Shown here: piece by piece, positions 1 through 11,640 of the stretch
Layout: every line of letters starts with the position of its first letter
Numbering within the stretch: the stretch's first letter is position 1
Assembly: GCA_011109175.1 (NCBI GenBank)
Contig: RDEW01000008.1
Span: 1,493,447 to 1,557,446 of the forward strand
Direction: 5' to 3'
From: Dicyema japonicum
Lineage: Eukaryota > Animalia > Dicyemida
Length of the DNA: 64,000 bases
Notes under the pieces: generated by a model
Told to the model about the DNA's origin: nothing
What the model saw: only the letters and a program-made list of their open reading frames with translations
Database searches by the model: none
Translations under genes and position numbers: made by a program

Positions 1-86
1 CTACGTGGCTAATTGGCTGAAGTTTTTTATTTGTTTTGTTTGTTTTTCCTCTATCTTTCCTACTAGAGTGGCGTCATGTGATCCAC
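1..86 (+). repeat. Partial copy of the ~310-bp non-autonomous element (head plus start of the pseudoknot)
   Basis: ctacgtggctaattggctgaag...ctagagtggcgtcatgtgatccac matches the copies at 28211, 46799 and 55290-55603. Confidence 0.75.
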
Positions 87-2983
87 TCAAAGAAACTGTC
101 AAATTATTATTATTATAAATAATTTAATTTCACTTTGGAAATTGCATAAATATTCTTAAAAATATTATGTTTTTCCATATACTTCTCTACAGGCCTTCTG
201 GCTAAACGTCTGATGACATTTATTTTTTTTTTATTTATTTAATAACCCCGAAAAGGGAACACCAAGAAAGAAGGAGTAAACCAACTAATTAAGTGATCCA
301 GGTACGCCTCAACAGGATCGAGAGGTTTTTCCTATGTTCCTCCAGAGTATCCACGGCTTTCCTGAATAGATTAAATCATCTTTCATTAGAGTTTGAAGAG
401 GGGTGGGTTTTTTCCCCAAAATTTGTGTATTTGAGGCCTCCAGCCTTAAATGGAAGAAACGAATTGATTCTTGACCACACAGACCGATGAAGCCGGAGCC
501 GTTATTTTTGATTGCGGCGTGGTCAAGCATTGGGGGAAAGATCGGGGTTAGATTTGTTAGACGTGCAAGTTTGCCTGTTAGGGAGTTGATCTTGTATGAA
601 TTAGATATTGAAGCTCCATAGGCCCATGAGAAACAAGCATACTCTACCGTCGGTTTTAGAAGAAGATTGAACAAGACGACAGCGCATTCCAGTAACGGCC
701 TGGACTTTAAGAGTGGTTTCATTATAATTCAGTTTCCTGAAACCCTTTGTCATAATGTTCTTCACGTGTTGAGAAAATGTAATCATAGGGTCAAAGTCAC
801 TCCCAGAATAGTTGGATGAATCTGTAATAGTAAAGTCTTCATAAATGTTCAAATCCAGTGTATATTTTTCTTTTCTGTCTTTGGTGAAGATAGTATACGT
901 TGATTTATCCATGGATATGGAGAGACGATTCAATTCAACCAGGCTCCCAAGTCGTCAACATGTGACTGAAGCCCTGCTTTTGTCATATCCACGTATTTGT
1001 TCTTGCTAGCGATAATTAAGTCGTCAGCATATGTGAGAAGCATTGAATATGGTCCTCCAAGGTAGGGTAAATCGTTTAGGAATAAATTGAATAACGCCGG
1101 AAAGAAGGGCAATCTTTGAAGAACGTCATTAGGTAGCAGTCGGGACCTTGATCTTGCGTGGCCTATACAGACACGTCCTCTTCTTCCGGAGAGAAAATTG
1201 GCTATCCATCTTTTCAAAACCGGCTGAATGGTGGTGTCAAAAACCTTTTCGTGAGTAATGCTCTCGGACAGAATCGAACGCCTTCTGGATGTCCAGGGAG
1301 ACCACTATTGTCCGTAGATGGCGTTTCGGTTCGTTGAACCCTTCTGATATAAATTGAGACAATGAAGTCAAATGTGTCGTAGTTGAACCCTCACAATTAA
1401 AGCCATGTTGAAAGTGACAGTCGGGCAAATGGGGTTTAATTTTCCAGAGTACGAGTTTCTTCATTAGGCGCGATAATACGCACGTCAATGAAAAAGGTAA
1501 GGTTTTCGGTTTTCCTGGTTTTAGGAGGTACTATAAGTGAATTCTTTTATTTTCATGGGATGACGTTCTTGTAAGAAGACAAATTAAAAATTGACGTAAT
1601 CGAATTGATTGCAACATTACCAAGGTGTTATAGCAAAATTCCCGGAATGCCGTCAGGACCACACGTATATGATCTCTTGATCGATCTTATTGCCTGTGTG
1701 ACCTCGGCATGCGTAAATAAATTGATGCACGAAATTGGTTTAGTCATTAAATTCCGAAGGTGACAAGAATGGGATTTCGAGAAGTCCTTGTGACTTATGG
1801 ATGCATAATATTTGCTTAGCTTGCACAGTATTTGGAGCAGAAAAAGATTCTGATTCATCTGATAAGTTTAGCTTGATTCGACGAATAGTTTTCCATAAAA
1901 AACTCGTGGATTTCATGTGTTCAATAGATGATAATATGCGGTTCCACGCTCTATCTTTCTTTTCTCTGATGAGTTTTATAATTATCTGTTTTAAGCATTT
2001 TATATTTTCCAAATCAGAAAATCAGAAGAGGTTTGCAGATGATTCATTTTCAAGGAGTTTCTTTGTTTGACGAGGAGACGAGTCTCTGAGTCCAGAGTAG
2101 GCTTGTAGGATTTGTAAACTGCACGTGGTAAAAACAACTTTTCAGCTTGAAGGATTACATGGTTTAGATAGTTCACTGCTTTGTCGATAGAGCAAAATGA
2201 GGTGGGATCAAAATGTATTAGGTTATGGTCAATGAAGAGCTTGAAATTCGACCAGTCAGCTTTCTTGTAGACCTTGAAGGTTGCTTTAATTCTGTGTGAG
2301 TTATTGAATCGGCTCAGTTTTAATATAATCGGATTATGATCACTATAAAAATCGTAGGAGACGTTCCGTGAAATTTTCGGGGCAATCCTAGAGGAAGTAA
2401 AGGATACATCGGGGGAGGTTGGGTTGTCATTTCTTCGGACTGGTGTCTTTGTGAAGATGTTCGGGTGATTCAGAATCACCATTTTTTGAGAGAGTTGATA
2501 ATTAGACTCCACCTCTTGTCTGCCGACTGGGTACTGAGCCAGTGCGGATGTTTGGCGTTGAAATTCCCACATAGTAACACATTTCGAATTTCTTGTAGTT
2601 TGTCGAGCTTCGGAACATAGTTATTAAAACAGGATCCCGGCGGTGGAATGTAAATGTTGATTAGAATAAGATGTTCTGACGCATTAATAAGATCAATAGA
2701 AATTTGTTCCGCGGTCCTGTCGTGTAGAATTAAATCATCCACTTCGAGCTCACATTGTGGAAAGATAAACCTTTTTTAATAATGGTAGTAAGCCACCACC
2801 ACGTCCAATACGGTCTTTTATGATAGAGATGTATCTAGGAAAAAATGGGGTTGTACTCTTTGTAGAAAGTTTTGACTCCTGGATAAGGCAAATGTCAATC
2901 TTGTGCTTCGATAAAAGACATCGTAACTACAGAATCTGTGTTTTTATACAGTTAGCATTGAGTTGCATAATAACAAGGGGTTT

Positions 2984-3029
2984 TGGTCCAGGGTTTTTGT
3001 TCAATATCTCCAGAAAGCAATAGAATCAA
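2984..3029 (-). other. 2A-like StopGo motif LILLLSGDIEQ(N)PGP, with one extra A in an A-run
   Basis: Reverse complement reads ttg att cta ttg ctt tct gga gat att gaa caa aa[a]c cct gga cca, then continues into APE (KPLVIMQLNAN). Confidence 0.75.
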
Positions 3030-3105
3030 GGGGAACAAACAACATCTCGAGTTTCCAGTTGAGGTATACCACCAGGCATAAGGAGTCTGGATGGGGAAGA
3101 GCAAA

Positions 3106-3166
3106 TGGTTCTTTTTGGTGTTATTCTACACTGAGCGCCACCACAAAAGGTGAACCACATGACGCC
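3106..3166 (-). ncRNA. Candidate HDV-like pseudoknot (type I) upstream of 2A
   Basis: ggcgtc atg tggttc acc ttttgt ggt ggcgct ca gtgt agaata acac caaaaa gaacca; P1, P2, P3 and P4 pair in HDV order. Confidence 0.6.
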
Positions 3167-3611
3167 ATCGTATCTGGAGTCGTGGGCTTGAATATTAAAT
3201 ATGGAGTTTTCAGCGAAAGTCAATTCTTGTCAAGCAGATACCACTTGTGAGGCGACTATTCCACCTGGCACGACACAGTAGTTGAAAGGGATCTCCCTAC
3301 CATCTCCCTGACCAAATCCTCTGGTGAAGATTACATTATAAAAACTATTCCGCCAAAGAATGATGTCCGCGACGGTAGGAGATGCGACTAAAATGGAAGA
3401 GGGCGGACAAAATTCTCCGCCTCTCCTCTGAAGCGGAGGCCTGTAATGTCTATTGGAAGATGGATTTTGTCGGCACAAGCAGATGTTCTCCTTGGGTTCC
3501 TTCCTTGGATTAATTAGTTATGACTGTTTGTGCTGGGCTTGCTAAAGATTATAAGCCTGGGGTTAATAATAATATATTTCTCGGCTAAGCTTTTTTAGTT
3601 TTTCTTGTTAG

Positions 3612-3865
3612 TTAGTTAGTTAGCTAAGTAACCCCGGCCTCACTAACTTGTAGGAAGCCAGCAGCTATTAAATAGGACGCAGGAGAGATCGGTCGGACGT
3701 TGTGCTAATTCATGACATTCAAATGGATGATTTGCTGTCAAGTCGTAAAGGTTAAAAAGGGACTGAGGACATCTTATGTGGTGCCAACATCGTAGATGAG
3801 CTAGGTTTACCCGGATGTCCCTCTGAAGATAGGATTTTCTTGTTGGTCATCTATTATTTTTATTA
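3612..3865 (-). mobile_element. 5'-truncated 3' end of an Ingi/Vingi-like LINE with (TAAC)n tail
   Basis: Homologous to 35400-35659 and 55642-55900; ends gag gcc ggg gtt act tag followed by ctaactaactaac. Confidence 0.8.
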
Positions 3866-3899
3866 TCGGTACCGCAGAGCATACATAAAAAAACAAAAA

Positions 3900-4450
3900 G
3901 TAAATGAAGGTTCCCTTGTACCGAGCCAACTACCCTTTGTACCAGTCTCATGCGAGGTCCCATCTTTTTCGCAAGTTCTCTTAATTCATCAAGATCGTCT
4001 GCCGACGCCTTTTAATTTCTCATTTAACACAGAGGATAGAGTTGTCCTGGCCTTCCTCGAAATAATCTTCCTTGTTTCATGGGATATTCCTCCATCACAC
4101 GATTTGCTGGTACGTCCAAGTCCATCTTCAAGATATGACAGTCTCCATCTCGATCGTCAGATTTCCATCGATAGTGGTTCGGTGTTACATAATTTATTTG
4201 ATTTTTTGTTAGTCATCTTCACAGTGTATCGTATTGAGTTGGTCATTTGCTCGTGGAAATTTTTTTTTACATTTATAGAGAATTGACTTAACCTCTATCC
4301 AATGCCAAGCAACTACCATATAATTTTCTTGGTAGTAACTACTGAACGAGTTTCAATCTACCTTCCTCATATTTTATTTCTAAGCTTCCAATTTTAATCA
4401 AGTGTGCATATTCTAAGAATTTTGCAGTCTCAGCTGAGTTTAGATTGAAG
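3900..4450 (-). mobile_element. RTE-like LINE C-terminal fragment
   Basis: Minus strand translates PLSMEI*RSRWRL...RKARTTLSSVLNEKLK...DLDELRELAK. Confidence 0.65.
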
Positions 4451-4823
4451 AGACACTTGTCCGAGGATCATCCTTTTAAACCGTAAAGCGAGTCCTCTAC
4501 ATATCTTGGTTTATTAAATGTTTTCCTGTGTTTTGTACTTGTGCTTTGGTGTTTTATATTCTATCTTTAGAAAAATAGATTAAATTCCAATAAAAATAAC
4601 CTAATTTCTTTTTTTCCAAAATCTGTCATGTTTTGTCTAACAACATAGCCAAGCATTTTTAAGCCTTAAAATGATAAGTTTTGATCGTGGTCTCCCTGTA
4701 TATTCCGCTTAAGGACTAATTTCCGTTTAATAAAGTGATAAGTCTCATTCATCAGATGAGATCAGATTGATCCTGGACGGTGGATATGCTCTCGTCCTTT
4801 ATCCACCGACAAACAAACTTTAA

Positions 4824-4910
4824 TATGGTTGATTGGTACGAGAGTTGGTCTGTTCGCTAACAAAAATGGTAAGCAGTTTTCATCACGAGGGGGTGATCCA
4901 CATGAAAACT
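4824..4910 (-). ncRNA. Candidate HDV-like pseudoknot (type II), degenerate 3' half
   Basis: agttttc a tgtgg atcac cccctc gtgat gaaaact; P1 and P3 perfect and covary with 34550-34622; P2' only tentative (ccata at 4824-4828). Confidence 0.4.
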
Positions 4911-5032
4911 AGTCGTCTCATTAGCCAAATGATGAAGATTCTAATGTAATTTTGCTTCAAAATATGAGCGCAATTCCGATAAAATTGACTATAAATTATC
5001 TGCGAAAATAGAACATAAAAATTTGATCTAAA

Positions 5033-6766
5033 ATGGAGCAGAATAAATCATTTGACATATCTTTATCTGATTCGAGGCGTTCTGATCAGATCAACAATGA
5101 CAATAGGACTCTGCTTGATAATACAATAAAAATCTTCAATGAAAACACACTAAGCCTTGCTTTAACACTGACAAACTCTCGTTTGAAGGAAAAGGAAGAC
5201 ATTCGTAATCTAAACAATCGATTGTCGAATTACATCGGATGGGTTCATGAAGACGAACTAAAAAATAAGGAAATTTATGACAAAATCTATTATCTGAAGT
5301 CTATCATTGGAAAAGAGCTCAATGAAATCAAAAATCAATATCATTGCGAATTGAATCAATTAACTGACCTTCTTGACAAAGCTGAAATGAATAACCTGGA
5401 AAATCAACTTCAAAGAGACTTGGAAGTTGAAAAAGTTAAAAACTTGATAGATGAGTTGGAATAAAATTTTATAAATTAGAATTAAAAACCTGAAGTTTCT
5501 TGTTGAGGAAAGACAAAATAAAATTGTACAGCAAAGGAACGAACTTTTTTACATCGAGTCGGAAGTTGAAAGTTTAGAAATAAAGTTATCCGACTATGAA
5601 AATCTCAAAGGGAGAAACAAGGAAGAAATAAAATATTTAAAATCTGAAATCGACCGAACAAAACGAGTTCTTGAAATTTCTGGAATTATTTTAGGAAATA
5701 ATTCCAGAAATTTTGGCCAGCAAAGAATTAGAGATGCTCTGCCAAGCATTAGAGGATGAAATTATCTTTTTGAAAGAAATTCATGATAAGGTGAACTTTG
5801 ATTAATTGACAGGAAATACGTGAATACTCGGTGGTTATTTCAAACATCCCAGATCCGAAAAAGACCCAATTTTGGTCATGTCAATTTGAAAACTGCATTT
5901 CAGCGATTCAGAAGGAATACGACAATTGCATTGAAAAGAAAGTTATAGATCTTGAATTATTCTACAAAAACAAGGTAATTCATATCAAAATCTCTGTTTA
6001 GTTGGAGGAATTTCAAAATTCAGCCTACAAACAAATTAGCAACAAGACTTTGGTGAAATCTCAGTGCTCGACAATCAGGGACGATAATCCAAATATAAAA
6101 CAGCAAATCAAAAGCCATGGATGATGTGACTAAGTTTTATTAATTTAAGAACAAAATTCTGAAAAACCGACTGACGGACTTGAGGAATGACCTTCAAAGA
6201 ATTTCGCAGAGACACTTCGAATACTGCACGATAAAAGAGAACTTGAAAAAATCCGAAAAATTATGAACGACAAATTGCGCGAACAGGACGAATTGAGAAC
6301 AGACAATATTTCTTTGCATAATGAAATAATGATCTACAGAAAACTATTGGATCATGAAGAACAACGGTATTTACGGATTTTATGACTTAGAATTACTGAA
6401 AAGACGAGACTAGAATACAACGACGACGATGGCTGCATTGAAATATGTAATTGTAATCTATCCAAGGTAAGATATTTTTTATTAGCAAAGGAAATCGACT
6501 TTTATCGCTTCAGATTGGTGGTAGAGGTAAACCAGGAAATCACGAAGGAATTAATTTTTCGACACAAAAATAATAAGATGCGGAGAGTTTATTAAAATTT
6601 GGTCTCGTCGAATCGATAATCCCAAAGAAACTGATATTTTTTTGGTCTGACTTCCCGGATGTCAGGGGAAATAAATCCGTCAAAGTCACTCTGTACAACA
6701 ACAAAGGTCAAGTAAGTTGATTTACTTATTTATCCACAGAAAATCGGTTTTTTGACCTTTAAGTAA
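5033..6766 (+). CDS. Intermediate filament protein with lamin-tail domain; no CaaX seen; several 22-28 nt introns
   Basis: Coil 1A RLKEKEDIRNLNNRLSNYI; ELEMLCQALEDEIIFLKEIHDK; helix-termination motif IMIYRKLLDHEEQR; LTD-like tail ending VTLYNNKGQKIGFLTFK*. Internal exon boundaries partly uncertain. Confidence 0.8.
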
Positions 6767-7539
6767 GACCCTCTACTCATATAATACTAATATGACGGTT
6801 TTTCTTTAATTGTTCTTGGTTCGTTAATTTTTCTATTTCATGAACTGAATTTACTTAACTAGTTCATTTTGTTCTCATTTACAGTTGCTTAAATCAGCAA
6901 AAATCTAGCATTAAAGTTTTTAGACTATATTAAGGGGAAATTGCTAGTAGCAAGCTTTAGGGCCCTTATTAGGCCCTATTTTTCTTATAAAAAAAATTAT
7001 TCGGAAACAGACATAGTAACAAGTCATGCTCCAGTTGCCAAAAGACGGTGGACATTGTCGAGGAAGATGGCCATACTTTCTTATTTAACATTAACAAGTT
7101 TATTAACAAGGAAAAAAAGAGGAATGTTCAGAGAAATTTAAATAGTTCCATGAGTCCTATTTTAGGATTTGGATTTTTACCAGTATTTTTCCTTATATTC
7201 CCTCTTTTGCTCTGATATAAGAGTAGAGGATTAGATTTTCCTTCAAAAACTTATAATTATTTATTAATCAATCTATTCACGGTCGATCTCCTTACACCAG
7301 AAGCCGAAAATGATATTTTTCTTATTATGCTGACAACATCGTCCTAGTTTACGCGATCGGGACATCCAGGCTGCACTTTATTTTATTTCAACAACCTCTC
7401 TTAAAGGAGCAACTATCTTGAATCAAAAAATCATCCAGTCTCTTTCAAAAGGCAAACTTAATTGCCCCCTTCTTGATTTCTACAAATGCAAGATGATATG
7501 GATCGATCAAACGTTCACGGCGACATTTTTGCTCAACAC

Positions 7540-8800
7540 ACACTTTAAGGCCAAGACGGAGCGAGACGGTTATCCTCACTGCTTCGTCATCCAGCAGATT
7601 GTCAATTTTAGCACAAGGATAAGCATTCAGCTATGCACCTTTCATTTCCAAAAACGAAGGGGAAGGACTGAATTTATAGGTGGACAAAAGGATAAATTTT
7701 CACGCAAACTTCAAGGATGATATCTCTTCTGACCGAGTTGAATTCGTTGCGCGGATCCAGTTTGAAAAGGACGTTCTCCTCAGCCTCAGATGACATTCTG
7801 ATAAAGTCCTTAACCGTATGGATCCCACACTTCGCATCCGCCTCTGTAATGGACACAAGCCGGCCGAAATATTCCCAATGACTGATTGACAAGCAATCTT
7901 TCCAAAAAGGCAACGGAAAACGTTGCCGACTGCAATAGGACGAATTCCGCTGTTTTTCTTCATTTTCAGAAAATATAAATTTGTGGCCAAAATCAGAAAT
8001 AGTCCAGAATTCTCCCGGATAGAATTATAGCGGATTGGTCAACAGATTGAGATAAAGGGTACATTATACGTCTGGGTTTAAGCCCATCATTCCCCACTAT
8101 TGCCTCTTTGGAATAATCGGAGTGCATCAAGAAGATTGTCAGAAGAAACGATCTCCCGAAAAATGATCAGAACGGGTGAGTGTACAAAGATCGTCTGACA
8201 TAGGATGGTCTTATTCCTTAAGAAGAGAAACTGTCTCAAGGGAGCAATTCATTGGACTAGAATCGGTACAAACAGTCCGAACAGCTGCAGTTAAATCCCT
8301 TTCCATCAATTTTTTTCTAACGTGTGAACGAACCTTTTTAGACACAGAGGAAGGTCTCCCAATGAATTAGGTTAGTGCAGCCCCCAAAGGTATAAATAGC
8401 TCTACAGCTAATTCCTCCCAAGATTCTATAAAAGTAGTCAACCATGCTTTCATCCGGCTTGATAAAGACGGTTTTCGTAAAGGAGGAGTAGACTTCGATT
8501 CCAGGCCAAGTGCAAATAACGTAAAAGAGAAAAACATCATACAATCTTTCGTTGAACCACACTGAGAATTGCGTTTTCGATACAGAAAGCAAGAGCAGAG
8601 GCAAAATGATGACGGCAGGCCTTAGGGATCCTAACAGGGATAATCTTCCTGCATCGAGTCTTCGAAATTGTAATTAGAAACTCCAATATTATCCGAGATT
8701 GAGTGTGCCATACTACATCCTGGAGATGACTCCAATCAGCAACAAATACATGCCCACCTCTCGATTGGTCTTGAACTTTTTTTCTCATTCTGGCTCAAGG
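7540..8800 (-). mobile_element. CRE-like RLE non-LTR retrotransposon, N-terminal region and RT start
   Basis: RIPKACRHHFASALA; IRPIAVGNVFRCLFGKIAC; FKLDPRNEFNSVRRD. Confidence 0.7.
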
Positions 8801-9399
8801 GAAATGGTGAAATCGACGACAAGTATTACAAACGACCCCAAACTTTTTTTAATTACTCGTTGACAGATCACACAAGTTTCTTGGATTTATAGAAAATAAA
8901 TGGTCATTCGAATGATTCTTCGTTAGAGTAGGCATCACTTCAAACCACAAGAATACGTTTTTAAGACTGGATTGCTTCGAGAGCGTAACTCGATAGATAA
9001 TTCTAAGGAAATAGGCTTGCCAAAGTCACTTTAAAGTGTTGCAAGAGACAAATGGCGCAGGTGATGTCACTTTAATAGAGTCACTTAGTTTGCAAGAGAA
9101 GAATATGTTGGCGCAGGTGATGTCCCAGACAAGAGGTTTTCCGGCTTCAAACCCAGCTGTCGCAATTGATCGACACCATTTACGCCGTATAACTCAAAGC
9201 ATTGACGACAATGTTTCTTATATTGGAGGATTGCACAATAAAGAGGTTCAGTTCACGCGATCCGTTTGTGTCTTCCCCATATACTTTTGTCTTCTTTCCA
9301 AGATCTCTTCTGACTTGGCTAAATCAAATATTAACATATCATAAGTATATATTAGTAATCTTGGCTGTCCGCCATAAAGATGTTAAATTTTATGAGACT

Positions 9400-9865
9400 A
9401 AGGGTTTGATTCTTGCATGACTCCTCTTTTTAGTTCTTCGGATATGACAGATAAAGCCTATTCTCACAAAAATATCTCTTATACAGAAAATTATATATCG
9501 CGTGAACTTTTGTCATATCCGCGGTTAAAAAATTAAAATTATTCCAAAGACAGAAATAACCAAACTAACTAACTCCTTGATCCAGACTCGTTCCAGAACT
9601 TGTCAAGGTAACGAAATTGTCCCCGGGGAAAGAATAGTGGATCCTCCTGATGCCGGCCAGACATTGGACGTTTCCTCAGTAAGGTGGATCTAATCAAAGG
9701 GAGGGAAAATAATTTTTGACATACTAGCCACATATCACCACATAGCCACGCGGCCACAAAAAACAATTTTCACGATTGTCTAAAATTATTTAAAAGATCT
9801 TTACTTAATTTAATTACGTGTATCCTAAGATCTAAAAAGAGGAGTCATGCAAGAATCAAACCCTT
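9400..9865. mobile_element. MITE-like element with ~45-bp terminal inverted repeats
   Basis: aagggtttgattcttgcatgactcctctttttag(t/a)tctt(c/a)ggata at 9400-9444 is inverted at 9821-9865 with 2 mismatches; no clean TSD. Confidence 0.75.
9545..9755 (-). mobile_element. Diverged short relative of the 310-bp element, nested in the MITE
   Basis: Head gccgcgtggctatgtggtgatatgtggc; core gatccacct...ggccggca...ggatcc; tail ctggatcaaggagttagttag. Confidence 0.65.
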
Positions 9866-10479
9866 GTCTGACTCTCAATATTGAATATTCCTTTATTGCT
9901 AAATTTATCCAACTATTTGAATTAATTTGGCTAAAATTTTTAAAGTAGTATTCATTGCTTTTTAGCCAACTCCCCCACATTTAGGATTATACTTAGAAAA
10001 AACCTTGAAACAAGTGAAAAACAGTCACATGAAATAATCTAGAGGTTATTTTTACCGTTTTACCAGCTACATTTAATTATATAGATAATACCTGAAATAT
10101 GTGGTGCAGCATCTGAATAAAATAACAAATTCTCTCGTTCGACCTGGATATTTTGGAAAATATCATAAATTGTAAGAAAAATGATTTTGAAACAATAGAG
10201 TGGAATCCTCATCAATCCTAATGCGAACGCTGTCTTCTCACTTCAGATTCATTTTTCATGATAAAACTTTTTCATCTCTAAAAAAATTTTATTAGAAAAT
10301 AAAACTTTAAAATCGGCTTTATGTTTTTAACCAGATTTCTCCACGTGTCATAACAAGGACTAATAATTTTTGCACGTGTTTAATATTTTATTTTTTAAAA
10401 TAATTAATTTAAATTAAAAATCGTTCTATCATTAATAATATGGAAACTCAATCCCCATGACAGCTCGGTCAAGATACTG

Positions 10480-10950
10480 GGCGTAACACACGACCCACTC
10501 TTGACTATCAGCAAAACACATCGACAACGTTAGCTCCTCGGCACAATGAAAGCTAAATTTTGTAAAAACACTCCTTGGACAATATAAGGGTGTTTCAACT
10601 ATAATTTGGACTCGCTCTACGTGCAGTATATTCAACCGTCTCTAACTTACGGGTGTCCTGCATGGAAACCAAACTATCAAACGCGAATATGGAAAAATCA
10701 ATAAATTCCAAAAATGCCAATAAGGCTCTGCAAAGGGTTTCCCAGACACCTCTAAACCCTACACCATTTGAGGAATTAGTGAGAAAAACCGGAGCCTTAC
10801 TACACTCTAAAAAAGTTAGAAACCCCGCCCAATCTGGGAAATTGCGTTGGATCCGGGAAGAACATCGAGCGAGAATGAGATGGCTAGTCGAGGCGGCCGG
10901 AATCACCTGACGGCTATGTAGTTATTTATTTGTGGGTGATTTTTGGTTTT
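10480..10950 (+). mobile_element. 3' end of an APE-RT LINE
   Basis: ORF 10653-10910 ends RWLVEAAGIT*; upstream sequence resembles RT thumb. Confidence 0.7.
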
Positions 10951-10999
10951 AATTTTTTTTAAAATGACAATTATTTAACAGAAAAACAAATGTTAGTTG

Positions 11000-11640
11000 A
11001 GGAAGCCAGCTGCGTGGACGTCAGAACGAGTTCTCTCGTAGTTATCATTCCAATCTTTTGTCTCAGCCATAACCCTTCTCGTTGATCCCTTTTCTTCCTG
11101 GCATTCATTCCTCCGAGTTCCGCAAAAACTCAGTTGTCATTGACCAACGCTCCCGATGACTCGGACGCAACAGAAGTAAATCGGTAGCGGTCCCCGAGGC
11201 AGGAATATTTCTTGATTTTTAGGTTTTCCCGCGGTCGAAGCAGCTGCTCCAGGTGTCTGAAACTGATTTGTAAAGATTCGTGCTTGAGAACGTGTCAACA
11301 CAAGTTGTATTCCAGACCAAAGATCTTCCGGATGTGAAAGGAAAATTGTCATCCTATCAAGTCTCTTTCCATTTTCAAGATCGACACCCACTGGTTCAAG
11401 CTGTGCTGGGAAGCCTGTAGCCTTCAGAGCTCTGACAATCATATCGTTCAGAGCAGCGTGACATGGTCCTCTTCAGGCGCTTCTTCTGCAGAACAGCGGG
11501 TGCAATCCCTTCGCATCGAAGGTTTTCCCGCATCGGCATCGGTGCTCCTGGCGAACGTCTAGTCCCAGCCTTTGTCCGATTCCTATCCTCAAAGAATCGT
11601 CGTCCAAAAAAGTCCCGAGGTTTGGGCAAGGTATTGCCAA
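11000..11640 (-). mobile_element. CRE-like element, RLE endonuclease C-terminus
   Basis: IVRALKATGFPAQLEPVGVDLENGKRLDRMTIF; PGAAASTA. Confidence 0.75.

Larger units (their letters stand above)
235..3480 (-). mobile_element. Near full-length degenerate APE-RT non-LTR retrotransposon (Ingi/Vingi-like): leader, pseudoknot, 2A, APE, RT, 3' tail
   Basis: APE motifs (IQESK, LINIYIPP, GNFNAKH, SDHNPI) and RT motifs (QHGF, LDIQKAFDSV, YADDL) in broken ORFs 309-2980; 3' tail ggatcacttaattagttggtttactcc...ggggttattaaataaa. Confidence 0.85.

Noticed and set aside
3840-4286. 148-aa plus-strand ORF and other hydrophobic shadow ORFs
   Set aside because: Antisense to recognisable retrotransposon coding sequence
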